From Octopus vulgaris (taxonomy: Eukaryota): 64,000 bases of DNA. Position 1 is the first letter of the stretch. Each line of letters opens with the position of its first letter. The DNA is taken from positions 60,326,001 through 60,390,000 of the forward strand of contig OX597816.1 in assembly GCA_951406725.2 (NCBI GenBank), given 5' to 3'. Position numbers and translations under genes: made by a program. Under the pieces are notes generated by a model. It saw nothing but the letters and a program-made list of their open reading frames with translations, did not search any database and had not been told where the DNA came from. Positions 1 through 13,394 of the stretch are shown here, one piece after another.

Positions 1-3000
1 AATACAGTAACTAAAGGGTTAATAAAAACATTTGAAAATTTTATGTTGTATGAAATGTTCTATCTTCTGCTCAGTGAAAAAAAAAATACTTGTAAGAGCA
101 CTGAAATTCTGATTGCATGGAGTTCCAGCAACCCTAGGGGTAGTTCTGTGCAGTGGGGCATGTTTGGTAGTGAGGGAGAGAAAGAGAGTGAGAGAGATGG
201 GAGATGGCTCAATATTGTAGCAGTAATAGTTGTAGTTGTGATAGTGATGATGATGGGTGGTTTCATATTGAATGAGTGGTCTGTAGCTGTTATCTCTGGA
301 CTATTTGAAACAAGTTCTGGAGAGGTGAAATTTAACAGACTGTTTCTCCACTTACTTCCCCCTCTATCTGCCATCCCTACTGCCATCTTACCATTTCTAT
401 CTTGCACTGGTCTCCACCCAGCTTCTACTGTAGCAGCCACAAGTCTGACAATGCTTCCTTTATTTCCTCTGATAACATTTCCCATCTCTGCCTTTCCTTC
501 CTTTATCTCACACACCTTGTCTTCTCCATTTTGCCCTTCTTCAACTCTTTCTTTCAAAATATTTAAGACCTCTCTCTCCCTCTCTCTCTCTCTTGCTCTC
601 TGTCTTTCACTCTTCTCCCCTCTCAGTTTTAATCTCTCATTATTTACTCTCTTTTCACTTCCCTATCTAAATCCATTTTATTTACCTTATTTTCCCTACA
701 CATGCATACACTTCCACCGGCCTCTCTTCACATACATACTTCCAACTCTTTATTTCCTTATCTTTTCCTCTAAATCAACCTGCATCTCACTTTTCCTTTT
801 GGTACAAATCTCCCACCCTTTTTCTCCCCTTACTGTCTTTTCAATATTTCTCCTAAACCAACCATCTTCTCTCCTACCCTCATCCTTTCCTCATATCTGA
901 TTCCAGAACCTACTACTGACACAGCTCTCACTCTGGCAGTTCTTACGAGTTCCAGAAGTTAATCCCTCCACTCCTTACTACCTTAACTTATAAGACACTC
1001 AGATAATAATTAGTGTTAGAGGAAAATTACATAACACACTGCAGAGCAAACAAATTAATTCTATCTAAAAATATGAATCTAGCCTTGCTCTAAAATATTT
1101 TGTTGGGTGCTTGAACATATTTGGGGAGTGAGGACAAGTTTGCATCAAAAGAAGGATTGCAATTTTGACCTAATATGGTCTGATTTAGATTGCATTGTTT
1201 CAGTCAAGATGTTTACACCACCATGGTTTCATGTTCAGTCCTACTGTGTGGCACCATGGGCAAAGTGTTTTCTACTATAGACCTGGGCCAAACAATGCCC
1301 TATGGGTGAATTTAGTAATTTTGGGGGATGAAAAACTGTATGAAGCTTCCTGCATATGTATATATATATTGGAGCCAGGTGCAACCGCTGGCTCTCCAGA
1401 CCTCAGTCAAACCGTCCAACCCATGCCAGCATGGGAAATGGACATTAATCGATGATGATGATGATATATATATATATATGTGTATAAGAATTTTTTGCGT
1501 AATAAGATAAAAAACCAAGGCTCATAAATACATGTTTGAAAAATTTCACTGCAGATTTTGCTATGCCAGCATGGGTTGCACAAGATGTATTGAAACAGTA
1601 ATCTATGGCTAGTTGCTCTTCCTGTCACATACCCTCGGTTCTGCTTCAAGTAAGGTATTTTCTCTCAACTAGTCTGCACATGAAGCTCCTGAAAGCATCA
1701 AGCCATGGAAGGTACTGTTTACAGGAGACATAAATATGCAGAATTGCTCTAATGGTATCAATGTGAAAGTACACAGAAAGCAACAGACACATGCATGTAC
1801 ACATGCACGCAAGCACACACGCACACACACACACACACTCTCTCTCTCTCAACAAGTTTTTATAGTATTCCTTCACAAAATTTCTTTAAGAGGGCGTTGG
1901 AAAATCCATGGCTACAGCAAAAGTCACTTGCCCAAAGTGTGACAGAGGGGGATGAAACCCAAAATACCATGATTGCAAATTGAATAGATTGTAACCACAC
2001 AAACATGCTTTATATATTTCAGTAATAAATCACAGAGACTAATTACTCAGATATGCCACCTGCATGAAAAACAATATAGTTAAGTAACTGTTAAGATGTT
2101 TAATGCAGTGAGTATCTCAAAGCTAATTAAAAATAATTATTTGATGGGGTAAAGATAATAATAGTTTAAAGACTAATATTATTTTAATTAGTTCAGCAAG
2201 TATAGGAAACAACTCCAGACACGGTCCAGTTTCATTTGACCTCACTATTTTTGCTAAAATAGTAATGAGTTAGTGTATAATAATGTCCATGCTCTGATAT
2301 GAAAAATAACATATTAAAAAAATAGAAAATTAATGAGAAAAAATACCCAGATACGTCATCTACATGAAAACCAATAGTTAAGTTAGTGCTAACATAGTTA
2401 ATGCAGTGAGCAATTAAAAAGTTAATCAAACATGATTAAGCACAACGATATTCCTTGGTGTGCATCTGATATTTACATCATACCCTAATTAGTAGGTCTA
2501 CACCACAGGAGAATTTAATTTGAATATTTAATACTGACTGAGAGAGAACACATGTAGTTATGAATGTATAGAATTTGAATGAAACTTAACAGTCATGTGA
2601 ATGCTGAAAGATAATACAATAATCAGAAACTAATTTTTACTCACATTTCTATGAAGAGTTCAGCTCTGGCAAGCTGACCATACAGTGTGCTGCTAAAGAA
2701 AATATAGATTTTGAAAGAGTCAATGAAGGATCCTCCACACCAGAATTCAGCAATTTCTTTTTGTAAAGGTTCACCTTTGAAGATTTTTTTTAACATTTAC
2801 CCATGGGTCATATGTATTTTATATTATATCTCACAACAGGTGTAGCTGTCTGGTTAAGAAGCTTGCTTTTTAACCATGTGGTATTGGGTTCAGTTGTACA
2901 GCATATCACCTTGAACAAGTGATATCTACTATAATTCCAGGTTGACCAAAGCTATTTAAGTGGATTTCTCAAGTGGAAACTGAAAGAAGCTCTCTGAATG

Positions 3001-3027
3001 TCTGTCTGTCTATCTATTTATCTATCA

Positions 3028-3070
<43 letters not shown>

Positions 3071-3097
3071 CATCATCATCACCATCATTTAACATCC

Positions 3098-3151
<54 letters not shown>

Positions 3152-3434
3152 TGAGAGAGGTATTGGTATCCAGAAGACCCAAGGTGGCAGGTAAGATTAT
3201 GGAAGTGCTATGGAAGGACCACAGTTAAACTCTTCGTTTGATAATAATACGAGTGAGGAGTCTAATGCAGGTTTTGTATGAACATCTATTTATAAGGATA
3301 TTTATAAGGACATTTAAAAACAAAAATATATATAGGATGTTATAGTTGCAGTTCCACTGTCCAAGAAAAGTGGTGTGTAGAATGGGTAGAAATACTTCAT
3401 GTCTGTGGTATGTAAATTCCAATAGGAGTTCATA

Positions 3435-3565
3435 TTTTGTCATTACAAATGGAAAGTGTGGATATGTAGATTCCATGTGCTGTTCATTCAAAGATCCACA
3501 AGAACCCTTTGAATGAACAGCACATGGAATCTACGTCTCCACACTTTCCATTTGTAATTACAAAA
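3435..3565. repeat. Long near-perfect hairpin (~59-bp arms, 13-nt loop)
   Basis: 3435-3493 (ttttgtcattacaaatggaaagtgtgg...ctgttcattcaaag) is the reverse complement of 3507-3565 (ctttgaatgaacag...ccatttgtaattacaaaa), with about 3 mismatches. Confidence 0.85.
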
Positions 3566-4308
3566 CTATTTTCACTTTCTAATGAAACCTGGTCATCCTG
3601 GAGCAGTGTCTTTCAAATATCTATAGCTGGTTGTTGAGATAACGTAGAAAATATGTAAGTGAAAATAAAGATTACTGAATCTTTTGATAGCCCATACTTC
3701 AAAATCAGCAATGCAGTTTTAGAATGCATAAGGAACATACGTACCCACATAAACTCTCTTTTATATTTATAGATATATTGCCTCAGGGTGGCAATGACAA
3801 ATGACTGAGACCTTTGGTGATATGCCATTCTTGAGAAGACCTGTCAAGCCAAGTGAAATCATAGTTATGGGCAATGCCAATGTCACATAACCGGCACTCG
3901 TGCCGATGGCATATACAAAACACTATTTGAATGTGGGGGTCTCACAGAGGCAGTGACAAGTGACCGAGATCTTTGGCAATATACTGCACTTGAGAAGAGC
4001 TGTTAAACTGAGTGAGATTGTAGTTGTGGTCGATGCTGGTGCTGCATAACTGGCATCCATGCCAGTGGCATGGAAAAATGACCCACTACACTCTTGGAGT
4101 GGTTGGCATTAAGAAGGGCATCCAGCCATAGAAACCATGCCAAATCAAACTGGAATCTGGTGTAGCTCCCTGCTTACCAGTTTTCAGTCAAACCGTGTAA
4201 CCCATGCCAGCAAGTAAAACAGACATTAAATGACGACGATGATGTATTGCTTTTGTGGTAGTATCTGCATCTACATGTACATGTGTGTATATGCATGTGT
4301 GTGTGTAT

Positions 4309-4351
<43 letters not shown>

Positions 4352-4539
4352 TAAGACTCTGTCTATGTGTAACTATATTTTGATCTATATGTAGGTATCT
4401 GAGTCTATACTATGTACATAGTTGTGTATTTGTGTAAATATGTACACATACTTCATTTTTATAGATGTTTTGGTGCATATATCTATGTGTGTGTGTTTAC
4501 GTATGAATATGTGTATTTCTGTATGTGTTCTTGTATGTA

Positions 4540-4574
<35 letters not shown>

Positions 4575-5166
4575 AGATATACTCAAGTATGTATCCACCT
4601 GTTTGTACGTGTATTGTATGAAGATATTTATATATTTGTCAGAATTACCTCCTCTTTCTATCTACACACACAGACACAAGCACTCACACACACACACACA
4701 TTATGTGTATAATGTCTCCCCATTTTATCACTCCTCTCTCCACCCTTCTCCACCCCCTTTCAGCTTGAAAATTACTAATGGTCAATCTGGCTACGATCCT
4801 GATGTAGAAAAGTGTTTATTGACCATCATAAACACTTCTGTTTTCTCTTTCTCCTTGCATTCTATTTTTATCTCTTTTCTTTTTCTCTTCCTTTCATTGT
4901 CTTGGATCTTGTATCTGTCAATCTATTGCTATTCATAGGATGTATGTTTTACTTTGTTCTTTTTTACTTCTTTTCATTGAAGTTCTTGTATACCTATCTT
5001 TATACACATTTTTAAATAATTGTATTCTAATACTGGAAGGGGCTTCTCCCTGTCAAACCTCTCAATTCATTTCCTACATACGTTTATGGTTTTTCATTAG
5101 TAATTTCTTTCTGTGTTTATATCTAAATGTAAATGTTTCCTAAATAAAATCGCACTTCACATTTGA

Positions 5167-5247
5167 AGCTCTGGTGAAGATATGGAGTGATACTCAAGCA
5201 TTCAACTATGAATGCGTTGTATCTCATGGCAGAAACAGATGTAAGCT
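5167..5247 (+). ncRNA. Degenerate type-I hammerhead-like motif
   Basis: agct-CTGGTGA-[long imperfect stem II with gatac/gtatc]-GAAA-CAGATG-TA-agct; the core has A6>G relative to CTGANGA. Confidence 0.45.
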
Positions 5248-5292
5248 AATGAAATGTTTATTACATAATTATTTAGTTCTTTGTCATTCTAA

Positions 5293-5659
5293 TCTATATA
5301 TATAAAGCTGAAGTTGTCTGTGTGTGTGTGGCAGGTTTGGTAGCTTTCAACTAACACTATCTCCTCCAAGACCCTGTGGTGCGAAGGCTTGCTCTTCCTT
5401 CTGCAGAAGAAAAAATTCAAATCGGACCATGTTAACACCAAAAATTATTTACAACCAAAAAGGTGCTTTTTTTCTATGAAAATCCCTATTTTTTACGATT
5501 TTTTTACTGCTGTGTCACCATTTTTCGGTGTATTTCAACCAGAAAAAATGTTCACTTAAAGAGAATAACAAGCTACATAATGCAAAATTTTTACTTTTCA
5601 AAAATTCCAATTCTAAAGGTATCGCAAAAAACCCAAGCAACGCCGGGCAATACTGCTAG
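5293..5659 (+). mobile_element. Non-autonomous Helitron
   Basis: Starts a|TCtatatatataaag; ends with a GC-rich imperfect hairpin cccaagcaacgccggg then ...ctgCTAG|t; inserted between A and T with no TSD. Confidence 0.75.
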
Positions 5660-8205
5660 TTTGTTGTATATGTACATGTGTGCATGTGTGTGTATAAACC
5701 TTTGTTTAGGCATCATGCGATGGTTGCAAATGAGTATCATTATTGTACAAATGAGGTTGTTCATTTCCAGTCTTCTATGAAAAATATGTCTAGCTATGGG
5801 AAAATGTTACCTTATTTGGAACAGGTGAGGGTTAGCAACAGGAATGACATCCAACTGTAGAAAATCCACATTGAAAAAATTCTGTCTGGAAAAGTGGATG
5901 TTACATTATGATGATGATGATCTTACAAATGAAAATATCTCCATGTACCCCCACCCCCCAATTCTATCACATACAATACTTATGCAAGCAAAAATTACAC
6001 ATATGACATTAACTAAAACACAATGACCCACAAATATATATTTGAAAAAATTTTTGTTAAAGGTCCAAGGTCCCAGAAAACACCTTATAGGTATGGTTGC
6101 TCTCTTGTGAGCCAAGACCCAGCTGTTGCCTAATCCTTATTCTATACAACTGCTGAAGTTGCTAGAAATAGCAATCAGCTCTCCATTCATATTACATCAT
6201 CTTGAATAAAGGATACTTTTTCTTATCTTTTAGCTAAGATGGAAGACCATACCTATAACCCTTTACAAGGCCTCCGTGATTGGGGGAAGAAAGAAAGATA
6301 GATATTGTCAAACTGGAGGTCTGGTCTGACTTCTTAAAATAGGGATGACATTATATCCAATAAATTAGGATAGTCAAGGCTGAAATGCTTTTCATAAATC
6401 TGGTTAATCTCAGCTGACCTGGAGCCATATGTCAACAATGAATAATGGATAGTATTAGTCAAATGACCCACACACACACACAAAATGACAAAATGGAACG
6501 AGTGCAAAGCATATACAAGAGATTGTGATATAGAAGGTGGAACCCAAAAGGGCATCCACTGAAGACTGACGTTCTGGGACATGTTTTGTAAATAGTGTGT
6601 AACACAAAATAGGAAGAACAAAGACTTTTCAAAGAGATCAACAAGCATAAATGAGTGAATGAGGGAGCCTCTAAGTGGGAGGGGTATTTTACTGCTATTT
6701 TTACCAGGTTGTTTGACCTGGTAAAAGTAGGAGTGAAATTCCTCCACATCACATCCTTCTTGTCATCATCATCATTTAATGTCTGTTTTTCATGCTGGCA
6801 TGGGTTGGACATTTGACACAAACCAAGGAGCCAGAGGATTGTGCCAAAGCCGAGTGTCTGCCAAATACCATACTGAGTGGGTGCTTTTTATGTGGTACAG
6901 CCACTTGCAGAGCACCAGCACCTTCTATCTTAAAAAAGAAAAATGAAAAAGGCCTTAGATAATGTAGTTTTAGATGGTATGGTCATGGCTTGGATGTGTT
7001 TGACTTTGAGTCTACTAGAAGTGGCTGACTGAAAGCGTAAACAACAACAGGTCTAGATCATGGCCGGATTGAAGGGATCCACAACAATAAATCTATGGCT
7101 GAATGGTCGGGGTATTAAGTGTACAATCATAAAGTTATGAGTTTGATTCCAGAACTGGGCAGTATGTTGTGTTCTTGAGCAAGACACTTCTTTTAACATC
7201 ACTCCTGTCTACTCAGCTGAAATGATTACAGGCTAAATGTTGATACAGCCCTTTCTCTCTCCAGTCATCACATTCATGATGTTCTGCTAGGTTCAAGTGT
7301 AAGAGAACCAAGAGAACCTACTTGCAACTATTTAAAACAATGACCGAAAGCTTGGTACATACCTGTAAATGATAGCTTTAATTTTTGCAAACTAAATTTT
7401 ACTCATAAGGCTTTACCTCACTTCAAGTCATCAAATGAAAACATTTACACAAGGAAGCTTTGTTATGGTCACGTCACATGCCTGAAATAGCAGTCAAATA
7501 TACCTCATATCACACTTTGTTGCTGATGTTTTCCAATGGTACACTACTAGGGATATTGATAGTTAAGAAATATAATTTAAGACTTTAAAAAATCTATAAG
7601 GATGGATGGTTGAACATCTTTACAAAATGTGTAACTCATAAATTTCCCATTAAGAAGTGTGTATGTGTTTGAGGGAAAGGGAGAGAAAGAGAGAGAGGGA
7701 GGGAGAGGGAGAGAGAGAGAGGAAGAGGAAGAGGGAGGGAAAGAAAGAAAGAGAGTGAGAAAGAGTGGAGTAGAATGTCAGTGTATATCCTTATGTGAGT
7801 GTATGTATATCTCATGAAGATAATGACAAATGACTGAGACCTTTGGTAATATGCCGTGCCTGAGAAGACCCAGACAAGTCAAATTGTAGTCATGGCAGAT
7901 ACTAGTGCCATGCAACTAGCACCCATGCCGGTGGCACATAAAAACACCCATTACACTCTTGGAGTGGTTGGTATTAGGAAGGACATCCAGCCGTACAAAC
8001 CATGCCAAAACAGACTGGAGTCTGGTGCAACCACTCAACTTACCAGCCTTGGTCAAACCATCCAACCCATGTCAGCATGGACAACAGACGTTAAATGATG
8101 ATGATGATGATGATGATGATGATAATGATGATACACACACGCGCACGCATGCACACACATTTATATGTAACTAAATATGTACATTTGTATGTAATGCATA
8201 TATAT

Positions 8206-8680
8206 GTAACCACTTTTGAGAAATCTCGAGTTGCACATGAGAAAGTAAGGAGGGATGTCAGGAAGGGCATCGCTGTTACACTTCCAGATGGGAAGGGTCT
8301 TCCTATGATGCTGACATGCAGTGTCTGTGCAAGACCCTGCCTCAGTAAAGCTGGACTCAAGAGTCATCTTTGTCGTCATAAAGTGAGACAGATGAGTGAC
8401 AACCTGGCCACTGGTGGTGGTGTTACACACCATACTAATCATATCTGTCAGGCATGTGGAAGAGAGTGTAATTTGGCAGGAGGACTTAAACGACATGCAA
8501 AGGTACATGAAGCCCAGTTACAACTATAGCCGGCTATTACCGGTAAAGGTTTTAGTTGCCAATTCTGTACAAGACATTGTAGATCTTTGGCTGGGCTAAA
8601 AAGTCACATTCGATCACAGCACCAGTAACAGTTAAGCTTCGTGCAATGGCCATAGTCAATAACGAGGGGGCAGCCATAAT
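8206..8680 (+). mobile_element. RTE-clade LINE 3' fragment with three C2H2-like fingers
   Basis: FEKSRVAHEKVRR...CSVCARPCLSKAGLKSHLCRH, CQACGRECNLAGGLKRHAKVH, and in another frame CQFCTRHCRSLAGLKSHIRSQH; short 3' UTR ending in simple repeats; typical of RTE C-termini. Confidence 0.65.
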
Positions 8681-9263
8681 ATGTACATATGTATCTATGT
8701 TGTATGTGTACATTACACACACACACACACAGAGAAAGACAGACAGACAAATAGACAGACAGACGGACAGATAGTATATAAAGTTTCTGTAGGAAGTAAG
8801 AAGTCAAAGAAGAGAGCTCTGAGTAGTCAATAGGATTGAATGTTGTTAATAATGTAGTCTACTGGCACAGTTAGACTATTTAAAGCCTAAATTATTTAAT
8901 AGTGCGTAAATTTAATGCATACGTTATTTAATAATTATCTACAAATATGGATTTCAAAACCTAGGGCACTCCTCACAGTGCAGGTGTAATATATCTGTCC
9001 AGAGAGAGAGAGAGAGAGAGATATGTAAATTTGTTTATGCCTTTATATAATGTACACACACATACATATAGGAGAGTATGTATGTGGATGTATTAAATAT
9101 ACATGCATATATAAACACACACATATATATATATATGCACATACATATTTAAATACCACCATATTTAAATACCACCAACAAAAAACCAAATAAGAAACCA
9201 CTGCTCTCTTCCCCCACATCACCACCTCAATACTACTGCAGTAACAAAAATCTAAAAAAACAT

Positions 9264-9872
9264 ATGAAGCAGGATGCGCCCCCCATGGCACAAACAAGAA
9301 ACCCCAAAATATGCCGTTATTCACTGCATCAGAGACTCTGCACAAATAGTGACTGCATCTTCACATATCTACCTGGCACTAGACGCACTACCGGCCAAGG
9401 CCAAAGCACGCATCCCACAATAACATCAACACCACCAAATAGTAAATCGAAATTCAAAACACACACAACTCGGAGTCCCAAAATCTGCCGGTATTCCCAA
9501 CGTGAGAGAATATGTCTGTTGAGTGACTGTCCCTTCACTCATCTTCCAGGGACCCGACGCACAAACAGAAATGGGGCTTCAAGCCAACACACAAACCTGA
9601 ATAAAAATAAAAATAAAAACACACCATTCTGCAGTAATGCTGGTCCAGTCTTTTCAGGAAGACACAAAAACAACAACAACAAAATTGGAAACTACAACCC
9701 TATCCAACAGTGCAACCACACCTCCAGCCAAAAACTGCTCCCTAAGCAGGAAAATTCTTTTTTAGCCATGTTGAACATGGCAAAAGAGATACACAAAAAT
9801 ATTCTAGCCATCACTCAACACCATCCTATGCTATTACCCCAGTGCACCAATTCCCCACATTGCTGTCACTAA
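9264..9872 (+). CDS. LINE ORF1 with two CCCH-type zinc fingers
   Basis: PKICRYSLHQRLCTNSDCIFTYLPGTRR and PKICRYSQRERICLLSDCPFTHLPGTRR (C-x8-C-x4-C-x3-H; first copy H>Y); directly upstream of and overlapping ORF2. Confidence 0.7.
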   Translation: MKQDAPPMAQTRNPKICRYSLHQRLCTNSDCIFTYLPGTRRTTGQGQSTHPTITSTPPNSKSKFKTHTTRSPKICRYSQRERICLLSDCPFTHLPGTRRTNRNGASSQHTNLNKNKNKNTPFCSNAGPVFSGRHKNNNNKIGNYNPIQQCNHTSSQKLLPKQENSFLAMLNMAKEIHKNILAITQHHPMLLPQCTNSPHCCH

Positions 9873-11065
9873 CAGACACAAAAAATCCAAGCCCCCTGCA
9901 ACAGTCAAAACCAGCCACTACACTAACCTCCACATTTCTACTCAATGCACAAGGTGTCAGCCCTTCCATCAATGCACAAAAATGGAAGGTCCAATTCATT
10001 GAAGACTGGGTTGGTAACCATCCACACCACATCCCTTTCTTCATTCTCACTAAGACCCACCTTGACAACTCCCACTTGGAAGCCGAAGTGAGAGTGAAGA
10101 ATTTCACAACCATCCGCGCGGATCGTGTCGGCAGAAGGAAGGGTGGAACTGCCATTTTCCTGCATGATTCGTTTACGGCAGATGGAAATAGCATATTCTC
10201 CAACGGCTACTGTGAATCAGTTACTGTGCACAACAAAGCCAATGACCTGACAGTAATTGGGCTCTATAGGCCGCCCCAAACACCCATACTGTGCTTTAAA
10301 GAATGCCTCAACAGCATTAAGTGCTTTATTCAACAGTGCCATTCTAGCAACCTACTCATGATGGGAGACTTCAATCTACCCTGTGTTGACTGGACTACAA
10401 ACTGTTTGAAACCAAGCACTCCCGCCTCAACCGCTGACAAAGAAGCAGTAGAGTCACTTTTCGACTTTATGAATGAGTTTTTCTTGTCCCAACTTGTCCT
10501 TGCACCAACAAGACATCAGAAGAACATTTTGGACCTAGTGTTTAGTAACCACACTAACACTATACATAACATTACAGTGGAAAAAACCCTTCTTTCAGAC
10601 CATGACATGGTTCTCTGTAACATGAAATTCCACCAGCCGAAAGCTAATCCTAGTGACCTCCCTCCAGCCCACCCATTTGATAACATGGATCTCCATAATG
10701 CCAACTGGGATGCAATCAGGAATGAGCTATCACATGTTGACTGGTCCTTTACACATACACACATCTCCACCAACCATAAAACATCTTGGCAGATCTTTGT
10801 AGACACCGTCACAAACATATGTACAAAACACTCCCCACCAAGACCTGTGAACAAAAAGTGCAGAATCCCCCAAAACAGAAAAACTATTATCAGAAAAATA
10901 AAAAGAACAAACAAAAAAATTAACAAACTAAAGTACTGCCAACAGCAACACACACATTCGACGGCTATCGCACTGCTTGAATCCAAAAAATATAACCTCC
11001 AACAATGCATGAAGACCCTCATCAATAACCAAAGATCAGCTGAGGAGAAGTTGGCCATTGAAAAA
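9842..11065 (+). pseudogene. LINE ORF2 N-terminal part: apurinic-like endonuclease (APE) domain and linker
   Basis: Motifs LLNAQG, LTKTHL, RADRVGRRKGGTAIF, GLYRPP, MGDFN, ILDLVF, SDHD; frameshift at the A5 run 11061-11065. Confidence 0.9.
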
Positions 11066-12879
11066 TCAAACTCAACCCCAAAGTGTTCTTTTCATTTGCG
11101 AGGAAACACAGGGTCACTGTCTCCATTGTTGGCCCTCTAATTGATGAAACTGGAACTCTCCAAGATAATGTCAAATCCATGGCCGAGATACTGCAGAAAC
11201 AATACTGCTCTGTTTTCAGCAATCCTGATATGGCCGATCTGGGCTGTATCAGTGATGTCAACCCCCAACACACTATATCGGACATAACGTTTGGTGCCCC
11301 TAATATCTTAGCGGCGATAAACGAAATAAAACACAATTCAGCAGTAGGCCCCGATAGGTTCCCTGCTTGTGTCCTGAAGGTGTGTCGACACCAACTTGCA
11401 TCTCCCCTTGCTAATCTGTGGAGAAACTCGCTGGATGCTGGCTATATTCCAAAAAACCTTCTGTCCCAGTCTGTAGTCCCAGTTTTCAAAAAGGGAAACA
11501 AGTCCCTTGCAGTGAACTACCGTCCGATCTCACTCACCTCTCATATCATCAAGGTATTTGAGAGGGTGGTGAGATCTCGAATAACCCAATTTCTGGAAAG
11601 CAACAGAGGGCTGATCTCTAATCAACATGGGTTCCGTAATGGAAGGGACTGCCTAACGCAGCTCCTGCATCACTTTGATGACATTTTGAGAGCTATGGAA
11701 GAGGACTCCAACACCGATGTCATCTACCTTGATTTCAGTAAGGCCTTCGACAGGGTTGATCACAAGATCCCATTGAAAAAACTATCCAACATTGGTGTCT
11801 CTGGAAAGTTACTGAAATGGATCAAGTGTTTCCTGACAGACAGATCTCAACATGTTGTAGTTGAAGGGGTAAAATCAAGCCCAGCCAAAGTCAGTAGTGG
11901 CGTTCCGCAAGGCACTGTGCTGGGCCCACTTCTTTTCATTATTTACATTAATGACATTAATGACATCATCAAGCACAGCAACATAAAAATCTTTGCAGAT
12001 GATTCCAAGCTACAGAAGGTCATAAATGAGGCGAGTGACCGGACATGCCTTCAGTCAGATCTACTGGCTGTTATCCAATGGGCAGAAAAGAACAATATGC
12101 TGCTGAACGAGGATAAATTTGAGTTAATCCACTTTGGAAAAGAGGATGCCCTGAAACACCCATACTCCCTTCCTTCAGGTGAAACTCTCGTGGCATCCAA
12201 CAACATCAGATACTTGGGAGTAATTGTGGACAACAACATAAGCTTGGCCACTCATATAAACACCAAAGTTGACATGGCCCGCAGAATGTGTTCCTGGATT
12301 CTCAGAACTTTCCAGTCGAGAGATATCCACACCATTATCCTTATCTTCTCCACTTTTGCCCGACCCCACCTTGAATACTGTTGTCCACTGTGGTCTCCCC
12401 ACACAAAACAAAGTATCATAAAAGTTGAAGCACCTCAAAGGGCAATCACAAAAATGATAGATGGCATGACAGGCCTCGACTATTGGGGTCGACTAGAAAA
12501 GCTAAAACTTTATTCTCTCCAACGTCGCCGTGAGCGCTACATCATCTGCATGATGTGGAAAATATTCCATCAGCATTGCCCAAATGATGTTGGCATCACC
12601 TTTAAGGTACATCCAAGGCTTGGGCCCCGTGCCATCCACCCAAAACAAAAATCGCACTCTCATCTCATAACAACAATACGGCACAATTATTTCACCTCAA
12701 TTGGCCCCGCTCTCTTTAACATTACACCAAAACACATTAAAACAGAAACAGACCCTATAGGGTTCAAGAAGTCTTTGGACAGATTCCTTCAAGAAATCCC
12801 GGATAAACCCCCTACACCCGGATATGTCTCTGTAAACAATAACTCTCTACTTGAGTGGGCCATAGTGCCCAAATTCTGA
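11066..12879 (+). CDS. LINE ORF2 reverse transcriptase and CR1-type C-terminus
   Basis: GPDRF, NYRPISLTS, QHGFR, YLDFSKAFDRV, SGVPQGTVLGPLLF, FADD, YLGV, RPHLEYC..WSP, LQRRRERY, FKKSLDRFL..IPDKP. Confidence 0.95.
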
Positions 12880-13050
12880 CTTGAAAGACTTCACCAGGTG
12901 GTGCTATTAAGTTAGACATGGCCTGGGCCAATAATGGCCGAAACCTATCAAAGTATCAAAGTATATATACATACATACATATATATTTAAATATATATGT
13001 ATACACACACACATATATATAAATATATATAATACATATATATATATATA

Positions 13051-13192
<142 letters not shown>

Positions 13193-13238
13193 ATACATAT
13201 ATATATATATATAATACATATATATATATATATATATA

Positions 13239-13384
<146 letters not shown>

Positions 13385-13394
13385 CATATATATG

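Larger units (their letters stand above)
9170..12965 (+). mobile_element. Near full-length CR1-type non-LTR retrotransposon
   Basis: ORF1 followed by an APE-RT ORF2, short 3' UTR ending (ATCAAAGT)2, flanked by (TA)n-rich tracts; 5' boundary approximate. Confidence 0.9.

Noticed and set aside
43-900. 285-aa plus-strand and 165-aa minus-strand ORFs
   Set aside because: Driven by purine/pyrimidine skew and simple repeats; no recognisable domain. A decayed LINE ORF1 or an exon cannot be excluded but is unsupported
2040-2480. Diverged ~70-bp direct repeat about 300 bp apart, with a minus-strand GAAAC..GTC motif
   Set aside because: No CTGANGA partner or stem I found, so not callable as a hammerhead
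8095-8529. Host C2H2 zinc-finger gene
   Set aside because: The start comes from a (GAT)n repeat, there are no TGEKP linkers, and the context fits an RTE 3' end
10516-11058. Antisense ORFs within the CR1 and Dong elements
   Set aside because: Shadow frames of the sense-strand coding sequence
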